From the NCBI GenBank assembly GCA_002352465.1, contig DEIN01000003.1, positions 88,933-152,932 of the forward strand: a stretch of 64,000 nucleotides of DNA. Reading direction: 5' to 3'. This document shows positions 19,885 to 29,028 of this stretch, one piece after another (within the stretch, counting starts at the first letter, position 1; each line of letters opens with the position of its first letter). The notes below the pieces were generated by a model. That model was not told the DNA's origin. It did no database searches and saw only the letters and a list, made by a program, of their open reading frames with translations. A program made the translations under genes and the position numbers. The DNA is from Patescibacteria group bacterium UBA2773 (lineage in GTDB: Bacteria; Patescibacteriota; Minisyncoccia; Moranbacterales; DUUL01).

Positions 19885-19980
19885 TAGGTTTTTATTTAAA
19901 TTTTATAAAACACTATTGATAACAATTGGGTAATATACATATTTAAATATAGCCCTAGGTATCAAATAAGTAAAGAAATA

Positions 19981-21588
19981 TTATATTTTATCATTTACAA
20001 TTTTAATTGCTGTTGGTGGCTTTAAATAAAATGGCTCGCCAGCAATCTTTACAATCCCAATTTTTTCTTTTATTTCGCCAAGAACCAAACAAGGAATGTT
20101 AGTGCAACCCGCTTCTTTGTAGAAATAATAAGTATAATAGTCATCACTCATAATAAATTTTTTTCCTTTTTGATATACAGTTAATTCTGAATAATTTTTA
20201 TTTTTAAAATTTTCGGTAAAATATTTTTTTAAACTTTCATCGACAACTGGCTTATAATCGGTAAAAGGCTTTATAAATTCGCTCTTTATTAAGGCTCTCC
20301 TGCAAGTCAGCTCTTTCTTGTAGCAAGCACTCAAAAGCCTAATCAATTCTTCATCTTTTCTCTCATTGCTTTCTCCAAAATCACTTTTTATCTTAGAAAT
20401 ATCAATTTTACTAGGAATTTTATTTTTGTTATTCAGTAATTTCTTTGCTTCATTGATAATTTCATTAGGTGTAAAATGACAGCTAACCCAATAATCATCT
20501 GCTCCTAATTTAAGAGCTTTTTCAATACAATCCTTCTCTCCCATATTGCTATAAACAGCTATCCGAATATTGTTAAAATTCTTATTTTGACGAACTTTCT
20601 CAATGAACTCAATGCCGTCCATTTCTGGCATTACTATTTCAGTTATTATTAAATCAGGATTATAACTTTTGATTTCTTCAATCACATTTTTACCTGGATG
20701 AGAAAACTGCTTAATTTGAAAACTATTTTCTAAAAATTTTTTCTTAAATATCTCTCTAAGCATTGGGTCATTTTCAAACTGCATTATTTTAAAATTGTTT
20801 TTCCCTGTTTTTCTAAATTTTTCTATTTGAAAATTATCCAATTTATTTGTTAATTCAGCTCTTTTTCCTGCTTTTATAGCTTTCTCGGGAGTGTCAAAAA
20901 AAACATTACTCTTTCTTGAATCAAATAAATCAGCTTTACTAATATCTAAAAAATCTTTTCTTAATTTACTTGGCATTTTTTCTAAAACTTTGTATTCTTT
21001 TGAGATTTTTTCAGAAAATTCTTTATTTTTAGCCGTTGGCAAGACTGCCCCGTTTTTATCCCTATCAATTTTTTTCTCTAGACTTGAGACAAGATTTTCT
21101 CCTTTTGACTCTATTTCTTTTTTAGTTGAGTTTTTTTTATTATTTTTTTTGTATTTATTTATCAAAAGAAGAATCCCCACAGTTAGCAAAACATAAGTCA
21201 TTGATTTTAAATGAGCTTGAATTATTAAATCTCTTTCTTTAACGCACCATCCCAAGCCACCTCTTTTAACAATTCCAATACGAACCAAGTCTTGCACACT
21301 ATTTATTGAATAATAACAATAAGTTTTTCCACTAAAGCTATAATAATTAGAAGGAATCTTGATATTAAAAAAAATCAAATAAACGGCAAGTATCAAAATC
21401 AATTCTTGCCAATGGTTCTTGATAAAATTTTTAAACCAAATTTGTTGATTAAAAAATTTTACTAAATTTTCAAAAAAACTTTTTGTTTTATTCATAGCGA
21501 TATCAAACCGCTTAACGCAATAATCAAAAACAAGTAAAGTCAAAATTAAACCACTAATTACAGTAATCGCCAATAATATTTTGCTCAT
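19981..21588 (-). CDS. Membrane-anchored protein with a central response-regulator receiver domain and an unassigned C-terminal domain
   Basis: 535 aa. Three N-terminal TM segments, a receiver-like block 'LIITEIVMPEMDGIEF…IAVYS…LGADDY', and a ~150-aa C-terminus of unknown fold. Confidence 0.45.
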   Translation of the reverse strand: MSKILLAITVISGLILTLLVFDYCVKRFDIAMNKTKSFFENLVKFFNQQIWFKNFIKNHWQELILILAVYLIFFNIKIPSNYYSFSGKTYCYYSINSVQDLVRIGIVKRGGLGWCVKERDLIIQAHLKSMTYVLLTVGILLLINKYKKNNKKNSTKKEIESKGENLVSSLEKKIDRDKNGAVLPTAKNKEFSEKISKEYKVLEKMPSKLRKDFLDISKADLFDSRKSNVFFDTPEKAIKAGKRAELTNKLDNFQIEKFRKTGKNNFKIMQFENDPMLREIFKKKFLENSFQIKQFSHPGKNVIEEIKSYNPDLIITEIVMPEMDGIEFIEKVRQNKNFNNIRIAVYSNMGEKDCIEKALKLGADDYWVSCHFTPNEIINEAKKLLNNKNKIPSKIDISKIKSDFGESNERKDEELIRLLSACYKKELTCRRALIKSEFIKPFTDYKPVVDESLKKYFTENFKNKNYSELTVYQKGKKFIMSDDYYTYYFYKEAGCTNIPCLVLGEIKEKIGIVKIAGEPFYLKPPTAIKIVNDKI

Positions 21589-21778
21589 TTTATTTTTTTA
21601 ATTTTAATTTTTACCCTTTTTTTATTTTTAAAATTTTTAGCGAGAGGTCAAGAAACTTTAATTGAATCAAGGGGGGGTGGGGGTGGTTCGGTTTTTTCTG
21701 GTTGTTTTTTTAAATTCTTAACCTCTTTTTTATTTTTCTTTCTCTACTTCCTGTAATTACAATTATCGGAAGTTAAAC

Positions 21779-22012
21779 TTACCTTTCAATGAATTTTTCA
21801 TACAACCAGCTAATCAAAAGAAAGGGCATAAAACCGATTATTACTAGAAACGGAATACCCAACATCATTCTTAAAAGCTCCCAACCGTTTTCCCAACCCC
21901 AACTATGAAATATGTCTTGCATACTAATGTCTCCAATAGTGACAAACATAAAGGAATAAACCATTCCAACTAAAATTCCAAAGAAAAAGACTATTGGTTT
22001 CTTGAGCTTCAT
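21779..22012 (-). CDS. Small membrane protein (77 aa)
   Basis: Two hydrophobic helices. Overlaps the integrase stop by 4 nt. Confidence 0.3.
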   Translation of the reverse strand: MKLKKPIVFFFGILVGMVYSFMFVTIGDISMQDIFHSWGWENGWELLRMMLGIPFLVIIGFMPFLLISWLYEKFIER

Positions 22013-22989
22013 ATTTGTTTGTTAGTTATTTTTATATCTTCAAAGGTCTTATAAAATCTCGGTAAGTCCTCTTTAAGTTTAAGATTATCGTCATACACGA
22101 TTAACATCTCAAGACTTTTATGTCTTGAATATTTCTTAACATTTAACAAATCACCTTTATAGCTTCTGATTAGCTGACTAACAAAAAAATGTCTCGTGCC
22201 GTGAGTTGATTTATCAATACCTAATTCCCTGAAAAAGTCTTTGACTATTTTTCTTATTCCTCGCGTTGTAAGCCGTCCTGAGCGATGATTATTGCTTTGA
22301 CTAGTAAACAATGCTCCATCGGCGATTTTACTTGCTTTAAGATAAGTTTTGAGAGCCTGAGTAGTTTTAGGATGAAGATTGATTGCCTCTTTGTCGTCTG
22401 CTCCTTTTCCTTGAATAAAAGCTAGACTATTAACTAAATCCACATCTTTAATATCCAACCTAACTACCTCACATTGTCTCAAGCCCTGAAATAACAAAAA
22501 ACTCAAGATTACTTTCAATCTTAAGTTTTTTGGATTATCTTCTAATTGTTGTAGTTCTTTTGATAGTTTAGCCACTTCTTCCACATTCAAACCGCTTTTC
22601 TTATGTTTTCGACTCTGAGAGAAGACTTTGACATTTTGAGTGATATTAACTGGAATAAGCCCTCGTCGATTCAATTCATTTAAAAAAATCTTTGCAGTGA
22701 TTAAATACTTGTTCTTAGAGGAAACAGCTAGGTTATTTCTTCCTTTTAGGTATCTTTTGAATTTTAAAAAAGTATTATGATTAAGTCCTTGGCTTTTGGT
22801 AAATTCTAGAAACAATCTAATTCTTGATTGATAATCTTTCTTTGTGGCATCAGAAATATCTAATAAATCAAAGACTTGTTTCGCCTTCCCTTTCTCTTTT
22901 AATAATATTACCAGTTCTCCGCTCATAAAATTTATTAGTTTTATTGCGGGAACACAAAACCCCGCATCAGCTAGGTCTTGCGACCCCAT
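22009..22989 (-). CDS. Tyrosine recombinase / phage-type integrase
   Basis: 326 aa. Conserved R ('LRQCEVVRLD'), HxxR ('HGTRHFF') and catalytic Y ('HKSLEMLIVY'). The annotated N-terminus (MGSQDLADAGF…) lies in a GC-rich stretch, so the true start may be the internal Met (MSGELV…). Confidence 0.8.
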   Translation of the reverse strand: MGSQDLADAGFCVPAIKLINFMSGELVILLKEKGKAKQVFDLLDISDATKKDYQSRIRLFLEFTKSQGLNHNTFLKFKRYLKGRNNLAVSSKNKYLITAKIFLNELNRRGLIPVNITQNVKVFSQSRKHKKSGLNVEEVAKLSKELQQLEDNPKNLRLKVILSFLLFQGLRQCEVVRLDIKDVDLVNSLAFIQGKGADDKEAINLHPKTTQALKTYLKASKIADGALFTSQSNNHRSGRLTTRGIRKIVKDFFRELGIDKSTHGTRHFFVSQLIRSYKGDLLNVKKYSRHKSLEMLIVYDDNLKLKEDLPRFYKTFEDIKITNKQI

Positions 22990-23130
22990 ATCCCTTTCGA
23001 GATATAGCTCAACGAAGAGTTGCTAAACACGGGGTTTAGTATCTTCGTTGAGTCTTTTTTGCCATACCTTTGAATAAAAATTCAAAGGGTTAGGCGATTA
23101 AATAAATTGTATACAAACTATGCCATATGT

Positions 23131-23667
23131 TTAAAGTAAACCCAAATAATCCAATCCAACATATCCTACTTCTACATCTGTATTTTTTCCACCTTTTAAT
23201 AACTCCCTAAATTCTGAAAGAGGCATCAAAACTACTTCGGCAAATTCAGTTTTATCTAAGTTTTGTTCCGCAACTTTTTCACAATCAGTTATTACGACAC
23301 AGTGCCGATTCATTGTAGAGTAAGCGCAATCATAGGCAGTGGTTATAAATTTTGCTTTTCCTTTATAACCAGTTTCTTCTAAAAGTTCTCTTTCAGCTGC
23401 TTGTTCGGGAGTTTCATCTTTATCAACATAGCCGCCAGGAAGTTCATCTAAAATTTCCTTAGGTCCAGGACGAAACTGTTTGACTAATATTACTTGCTGG
23501 TCTTTGGTGAGAGCAAGAATTCCAACAGCAGGGCCTTCCTTTTTGATATAAAAATCACTAACTTTTCCATCAGGCAATTTAAAGTCAACCTTCTCCATCT
23601 TCTTTCCATATTTACTGAAAACTTCTTCTCTTGAAATTTCCTCCCATTTTTGTATTTTATTTGACAT
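23131..23667 (-). CDS. NUDIX hydrolase (ADP-ribose / NDP-sugar pyrophosphatase-like)
   Basis: Nudix box 'GGYVDKDETPEQAAERELLEETGY'. Confidence 0.7.
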   Translation of the reverse strand: MSNKIQKWEEISREEVFSKYGKKMEKVDFKLPDGKVSDFYIKKEGPAVGILALTKDQQVILVKQFRPGPKEILDELPGGYVDKDETPEQAAERELLEETGYKGKAKFITTAYDCAYSTMNRHCVVITDCEKVAEQNLDKTEFAEVVLMPLSEFRELLKGGKNTDVEVGYVGLDYLGLL

Positions 23668-23720
23668 ACTATATTATCTTTAAAAATTATTTAATTTTAT
23701 TATATAATATCTTTAAATCC

Positions 23721-23763
23721 AGAAAAAGTAAATGCCCTAGATTCAGTTAAATCTAGGGCATTT
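23721..23763 (-). terminator. Rho-independent terminator downstream of the IMPase-family gene
   Basis: aaatgccctagat-tcagttaa-atctagggcattt hairpin, followed on the minus strand by a U-rich tract. Confidence 0.5.
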
Positions 23764-23787
23764 TATGTTCCACCTCCTTTTTTAATT

Positions 23788-24612
23788 TCATTGAAGTTTC
23801 CTTAAAAGTTCATCATGACTACAAAAGCCATTAGTCGCAAGCCAACCATCCTTATGGATAATCTTCCGCTTACTAAATGGCATTGGTGAGCCATCCAACG
23901 AAGTCATTTTACCTCCAAACTCCTCAAGAAGTAAAATGGCCGCGGCATAGTCCCATATATTTGCAGACTTACCATCTTGGGGAAAATACATCCCAGCTTC
24001 AACTCTTTCCAAGAGAATAGAGACGATTTTGATAGTCAATGTAGAAACAGGAATGGGTTTTAATCCACTTTTTTTAATCCGAGTCTTAAATTCAGAAATT
24101 TGAATCTGCCTCGGACTAACCGCGATTTTATTTTTATTCCCAATCGGTTCCTTTGCAACCAACTCTTTCCCATTGCAAATCACGCCTGTTCCTCTGCAAG
24201 CCGAAAATCTCAAATTGTCCTGTGGCATAAGAAGCATACCGACTTGAGAACTAAGATTGTTAACAGCAGAAAGAGAAATTGACCATTCATGACTTCCTCT
24301 GGAAAATTCTGATGTTCCGTCAATTGGGTCAATAATAAACACCCAGCCCTCATGAGGAATAATATCTCCTTTATTGTAATGCTCTTCAGCAAGAACAGGA
24401 ATTTTTGGAAAGAACGAGGAGAGAAATCTGATGCAAATTTCCTCTACTTCCCTGTCAACTTCAGTGACTATTTCCTTGCTTCCATTGGCACCTGTCTTGA
24501 AAAACGCAGTCGCCATTATTTGACGTTCAAAGCTGAAATATGTCTCTAAAACATTAGCCAAAGCATGAAATGCTTCCAAAATTCTTTTTTCCATTTCCAT
24601 ATCACCTCCCAA
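23788..24612 (-). CDS. Inositol monophosphatase family phosphatase (SuhB/CysQ-like)
   Basis: 'WVFIIDPIDGTSEF' IMPase metal-binding motif and 'WD' motif near the C-terminus. Confidence 0.8.
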   Translation of the reverse strand: MGGDMEMEKRILEAFHALANVLETYFSFERQIMATAFFKTGANGSKEIVTEVDREVEEICIRFLSSFFPKIPVLAEEHYNKGDIIPHEGWVFIIDPIDGTSEFSRGSHEWSISLSAVNNLSSQVGMLLMPQDNLRFSACRGTGVICNGKELVAKEPIGNKNKIAVSPRQIQISEFKTRIKKSGLKPIPVSTLTIKIVSILLERVEAGMYFPQDGKSANIWDYAAAILLLEEFGGKMTSLDGSPMPFSKRKIIHKDGWLATNGFCSHDELLRKLQ

Positions 24613-25729
24613 AAATGAACAGTGATTCGTTTATAATTTTGCAGGTTTCCAACAATCCAAGTTCTCTTGGATTTGAAGGAATATTACTACTCTGCAATGC
24701 TTCCAAGGCAATTCTTTTCACAGACAGATTACCAAACAAAGAAAGATTGTTGGAAATTTCCTCCGCCATCCCTGACTCCTCAATGATTGAACGAATCCAT
24801 GAAAGCAATCCATCACCAGAAGGAAGGCCCATAACTTTTTCCGCCTCATAAAATGAAGCTTCGCAATCTGCCAAATTGAATTTCATTGAGGCCTCAAGAA
24901 ATGTTACTACCGCCAATCCGTGATGCATCCCTGTAAACGCTCCAAGTGGATGAGACAAAGCATGAGCAATACTCAAACCAGTTCTTGGATAAAGCAACCG
25001 TGCCGTAAAAGCAATAGATTGCAATTTTTCTAATGCAGAGATGTCTTTTTTCACCAAAGCATCTTCCAGTGGTTCACGAACAGAACAGAGAAGCCCTTTA
25101 CTCACAATCCTAGTCAAAGCTGTTGCCTTTCTAGATATGTGAGATTCTAAAATATGGGTGAATGCATCCATTCCAGTTGCGGCAATCATAACTTTATCAA
25201 GAGAAATCAATGACTGAGGGTCAAGAATAACAGCAGTAGGCATAAAGAAAATACTTTCTATGCCTCTTTTTTTAGGAATATTAGGGTCCATAATAACAGC
25301 AAACGGACTGCTTTCTGCTCCTGTTCCACATGTCGTCGGAATAGCCACAAGAGGCACCGATTGAATTTTTGCTTTTTTATCACGAAAATAATCTTCGGCC
25401 ACCCCACCATTGATAGCTGTTAAACCGATAATCTTTGCCAAATCAATAGCACTTCCTCCGCCAACAGCGATAATGGAGTCATATTTTTCTTTACGAAGAA
25501 GACAGGCTCCATTATTAACCTGCAAAAAAGTTGGATTTGTTCCAAAATCATCAAACGATTCTCCAAAAAAATCCTCAAAAATTCTTCCAAAGTTTGATTG
25601 TCTGACCTTTGGGTCTATAACCAAAAAAGGTCGCTTGAGATTCATCTCTGTCAAAAGTTCAGACAAACAGCTAACACTGCCATTGCCCGAAATCAATTTT
25701 TTCGGAGTTGCCATATTCCAGTTTATCAT
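24602..25729 (-). CDS. Iron-containing (group III) alcohol dehydrogenase family oxidoreductase
   Basis: 'GGGSAIDLAK' NAD-binding motif, and 'GMDAFTHILESH' and 'AHALSHPLG…HHG' metal-ligand motifs. Confidence 0.75.
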   Translation of the reverse strand: MINWNMATPKKLISGNGSVSCLSELLTEMNLKRPFLVIDPKVRQSNFGRIFEDFFGESFDDFGTNPTFLQVNNGACLLRKEKYDSIIAVGGGSAIDLAKIIGLTAINGGVAEDYFRDKKAKIQSVPLVAIPTTCGTGAESSPFAVIMDPNIPKKRGIESIFFMPTAVILDPQSLISLDKVMIAATGMDAFTHILESHISRKATALTRIVSKGLLCSVREPLEDALVKKDISALEKLQSIAFTARLLYPRTGLSIAHALSHPLGAFTGMHHGLAVVTFLEASMKFNLADCEASFYEAEKVMGLPSGDGLLSWIRSIIEESGMAEEISNNLSLFGNLSVKRIALEALQSSNIPSNPRELGLLETCKIINESLFIFGR

Positions 25730-27135
25730 CTTTCACCTCCATCAATTTTCTTAATGATTTCTTTCGTTGCTTCGGCAATTGCCAGGGCTTTTTCCTTGTT
25801 ACTGGACTCTGCATATATACGCAGAAGTTCTTCTGTTCCAGCAGCACGAATATTAACCCAATCTCCCGACTCAAAAAAAAGTTTCAATCCATCAACCTCT
25901 CTTATTTTTGAGACCACTTGACCAGCAAGTTTTTCTGGAACTTCTCTCTTGAGTTTTTTCATAACAACTGCTGGAGAAATGAGAGACTTTAAATTAAGTC
26001 TTGAAAATCCAGATTTTCCCGCTATTTTCTCTACCTCTTTGAGAATTCCACTGATTCCCCCTTTATAAATTATTTCAGCCTCAGAAAGCAAAATAGCCGC
26101 AAGAGTAGCATCTCTTTCTGGCAGATAAAAACCAAATCCTATTCCGCCATTCTCCTCGCCAGCAATGAGAACTTTCTCGTTTCTCATTATTTCACATGCA
26201 TTCCTAAAACCAATTGGGGTTTCTCTGTAAACAAATCCCAAATAATTTGCCAGATAAGACAAACGCTTGCTCATCGTTACACTTCCGATAACAATTCCAG
26301 TTTGTTTTCGCATTTTTGCCAAATACCACAACAAAACCACTGTCACATCATTCGGAGACAAATATCCTATCTCTGGAATAACCGCCATAATTCTGTCACC
26401 ATCTCCATCATGCGCGATTCCCAAATCACACTTTCCGCCTGATATGACCCCTTGGAGTTTTTGAGTGTTGCTTTCCATTGGTTCCGGAGCAATTCCGCCA
26501 AAGTATGGGTCAAAGTCAGTATGTATTTCTAACACCTCAGCCTTACTCCCCCGAAGCACTCCTTTAAGAATGCCTTTTGTTGTTCCATGCATGGTATCAA
26601 CAGCGATTTTCAAAGGACGACCATTAAATACTTCCCAATCAATTATTGTCCTTAATTTTTGACAATAACCATTAAAGGGGTCGTCTTTTTTCAAGTCACT
26701 GTTTTCACAAATAACTCTATTTGTTCGAGAATTCATCAGATTTTGAATATCCAGAGTGAATTCTTCGCTTGGCGCACCACCATAACCCATACGAACCTTT
26801 ATGCCATTATAATCATAAGGATTATGAGACGCGGTTATGGTAATACCACAAATCATTGCTTTCTGGTTTGTTCTAAATGAAACCATCGGCGTAGGAATAG
26901 GCTTTGAGCTGATAAAAACATTGAGTCCAAATTGACTCAATACCTGACCAGCTTGCTTAGCAAATTCAAAACTAAGAAAACGAGTGTCATAACCGACAAA
27001 TGTTTCCGTTCCGCCATGTCTTAAAATATAACTGGAAATAGCCGTAGCAACTCTTCCAACAAAATCAAATGTGAAAGAATCTGCTATTTTCCCTCTCCAA
27101 CCATCAGACGTAGAACGAAGACTAATCTTGTCCAT
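25726..27135 (-). CDS. Phosphoglucomutase/phosphomannomutase family protein
   Basis: Active-site 'TASHNP' and metal-binding 'HDGDGDR'. Confidence 0.85.
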   Translation of the reverse strand: MDKISLRSTSDGWRGKIADSFTFDFVGRVATAISSYILRHGGTETFVGYDTRFLSFEFAKQAGQVLSQFGLNVFISSKPIPTPMVSFRTNQKAMICGITITASHNPYDYNGIKVRMGYGGAPSEEFTLDIQNLMNSRTNRVICENSDLKKDDPFNGYCQKLRTIIDWEVFNGRPLKIAVDTMHGTTKGILKGVLRGSKAEVLEIHTDFDPYFGGIAPEPMESNTQKLQGVISGGKCDLGIAHDGDGDRIMAVIPEIGYLSPNDVTVVLLWYLAKMRKQTGIVIGSVTMSKRLSYLANYLGFVYRETPIGFRNACEIMRNEKVLIAGEENGGIGFGFYLPERDATLAAILLSEAEIIYKGGISGILKEVEKIAGKSGFSRLNLKSLISPAVVMKKLKREVPEKLAGQVVSKIREVDGLKLFFESGDWVNIRAAGTEELLRIYAESSNKEKALAIAEATKEIIKKIDGGER

Positions 27136-27898
27136 TTTTATTTCCTCCTTTAATCAGTTCGCCATAGATTGTTTTCAGAATCCACGAATTGTTTTTAAGA
27201 ATTTCGTATCTAGAAGGAATTCCGTAATCCAAAAAAAATCCAAGCCCATTATTGACTGCACCAACCATTTTTGACAATACCAAAGCTGGCAATATGTCCC
27301 TCTCAAGCGACGAAATACCAGAAGGAAATATTGATAGAACTGACGAGCATTTCAGAAAATAACACCCAGTGCTACTTCCCCGAAAGTGACTACCGCCATC
27401 AATTGGCTCCTTTGTCGCTTCACCTTCGCAAAACTCGGTTACAATTCCATCTTCGACAAAGACCGCTCCTTGGTTAGGAACTTCTTTGTTTAAAGTCAGC
27501 ATAGCCGTCACTGGCATATCCAAAACTTTGTGAATTTCATACAAACGAAAAAAATCCAGGGACACTACAGTGTCGCCATTGCAAAGAAAGACATTTTCAT
27601 TGGAACAATTTTGGCAAGCAAATCTTGTTGCTCCACCTGTTCCAAGTGGACTATCTTCTTTAACAATTTTTACACCTCTGGAGCTCCAAAAATTTGTTGC
27701 AAAAACAGACTCAATCTGATTGCTTAATTTTCCAGTTGAAATGATAATTTCATTTAATCCTAGGCCAATAAACCAACTAACCAAATACTGAAGAAATGGA
27801 TAGTCAGCAAATTGAAGCATCGATTTTGGCGTTCTTAGGCAAACTTCACCCATTCTTGTCGCCAAACCACCAGCAAGAATTACAGCTGTTATTTTCAT
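27122..27898 (-). CDS. Sugar-phosphate nucleotidyltransferase (NTP-transferase domain)
   Basis: N-terminal 'AVILAGGLATRMG…PK' nucleotide-binding signature. 258 aa. Confidence 0.75.
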   Translation of the reverse strand: MKITAVILAGGLATRMGEVCLRTPKSMLQFADYPFLQYLVSWFIGLGLNEIIISTGKLSNQIESVFATNFWSSRGVKIVKEDSPLGTGGATRFACQNCSNENVFLCNGDTVVSLDFFRLYEIHKVLDMPVTAMLTLNKEVPNQGAVFVEDGIVTEFCEGEATKEPIDGGSHFRGSSTGCYFLKCSSVLSIFPSGISSLERDILPALVLSKMVGAVNNGLGFFLDYGIPSRYEILKNNSWILKTIYGELIKGGNKNGQD

Positions 27899-28066
27899 TT
27901 TCCCTTCCTCCTTTGTATCTAATTTGGATTATGCAGAAAAATCCTATTTTAAAAAATCTATTAACTTGTCAAAGAACATTAAAGACTACCTCAATTTGAC
28001 ATAGAAGTCAATTAGATGTATTAAATATTTGGATTTTTTCCCTTTTAAGGATTGTGAACAAACTGC

Positions 28067-28531
28067 CTATTTTCTCAAATTATTTCTATCAATTCCCCAT
28101 AGCTTTCTTAAAGCAAAAATGTAAAAGTAGGGATTTTTAGCTCTTTCTCCCATTATTTCATAATAATAACCAACAAAATCTTTAAGCGTTGATACCACAT
28201 TACTGAAAGACTCATCATAGTTGTTCTTTCCATCTGGTCTTCCTCTCTGTAAATTTATCAATTGTCTTCTACTAGTATTCAAAACCAGGGATAATCCTGA
28301 AATGGTTATTGGTCTGCCATTTTCAATATTGCTCTTTAAATAACCTATTCCTCCCTCAGCTAACTCTTTTGGACTATTTTTATAGGGTCTCCCGCCTTTT
28401 TCCGTTATACTGCTTCTTTTATCAAAATCGTCATCTGCTATTTCATTCAATCTGTTTTCTAGAAGCTTTAAATCCTCTGAAAACATTTTCTTATCTTCTT
28501 CGGTTATAGCGGTATTATTAGAATTTTGCAT
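28067..28531 (-). CDS. Phage terminase small-subunit-like / HTH protein (tentative)
   Basis: 154 aa with two 'GRP' motifs and 'ITISGLSLVLNTSRRQL', as in TerS-type HTH proteins. The assignment is uncertain. Confidence 0.35.
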   Translation of the reverse strand: MQNSNNTAITEEDKKMFSEDLKLLENRLNEIADDDFDKRSSITEKGGRPYKNSPKELAEGGIGYLKSNIENGRPITISGLSLVLNTSRRQLINLQRGRPDGKNNYDESFSNVVSTLKDFVGYYYEIMGERAKNPYFYIFALRKLWGIDRNNLRK

Positions 28532-28713
28532 TTTACTTTAGCTAGAAGTTATTAGAATTAAAGCTATTATTAAAATATCGCTTAACATCATCACTTGAAT
28601 TAAGAGTAATTCTAACATTCTAAGTTTTTAGTTCTTAAATCGGGTATATAAAAATAACCCTGTCTTTCCCTGAAATAGGTTCTAATGTCATCCACTACGC
28701 GGAGCCCTAAAGG

Positions 28714-29013
28714 TTAATGTGCTGTTTCAAGTATTGTATTGAAAGGAGAACGCACGTCAAACACTAGCTTTTTGCCAGAGAGACGGCAGTTCTGAAGTAG
28801 TAAATTCAAGAGCTGTCGTTTTTCGTTTGGTTCCGAACGCTCAAAGATTTCTTGCGCTCGATTTGCCAAAGAAAAGACCGTATTTGCAATGATATGATAG
28901 TTTTCATCTGCTTGAGTATATTCTTCCATTTTCTGAGTAATAACATATTGCTCTTCTTTTAGTTCTTTCATCTTTTTGTCATAGATCTCGCTAGTAATCC
29001 GACGGCTTATCAT
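28714..29013 (-). pseudogene. 3'-terminal fragment of a large serine recombinase gene
   Basis: 99 aa with only a coiled-coil plus C-terminal tail. 'NEKRQLLNLLLQNCRLSGKKLVFDVRSPF' parallels 'KKEILVALDSNLLLKDRKLFVKAQKPL' at the C-terminus of the intact recombinase (7441-9084). There is no catalytic domain upstream. Confidence 0.5.
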
Positions 29014-29028
29014 TAAGTCGTTTTTATT

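Larger units (their letters stand above)
7441..22989. mobile_element. Putative integrated island at tRNA-Asn (large serine recombinase … defence operon … tyrosine integrase); the right boundary is not defined
   Basis: A recombinase abuts or overlaps the tRNA. The cargo is defence genes. A second, tyrosine-type integrase lies at 22009-22989. No direct repeat of the tRNA 3' end was found by eye. Confidence 0.3.

Noticed and set aside
21671-21686. G-quadruplex-forming potential of GGGGGGGTGGGGGTGG
   Set aside because: Only marginally satisfies a four-run G4 pattern. Retained only as a possible slippage tract, not as a confident G4.
22990-23060. Possible partial tRNA/att remnant upstream of the tyrosine integrase
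   Set aside because: Could not fold it into a cloverleaf and found no GTTC/T-loop or matching acceptor. Kept as an unexplained GC-rich hairpin region rather than called a tRNA fragment.
24100-27999. Many 60-110-aa ORFs on both strands within the GC-elevated operon
   Set aside because: Higher GC inflates spurious ORF length. All overlap four well-supported enzyme genes.
28532-28713. Possible continuation of the recombinase fragment
   Set aside because: No contiguous frame with recombinase-like sequence was found by eye. The N-terminal catalytic part is simply absent.
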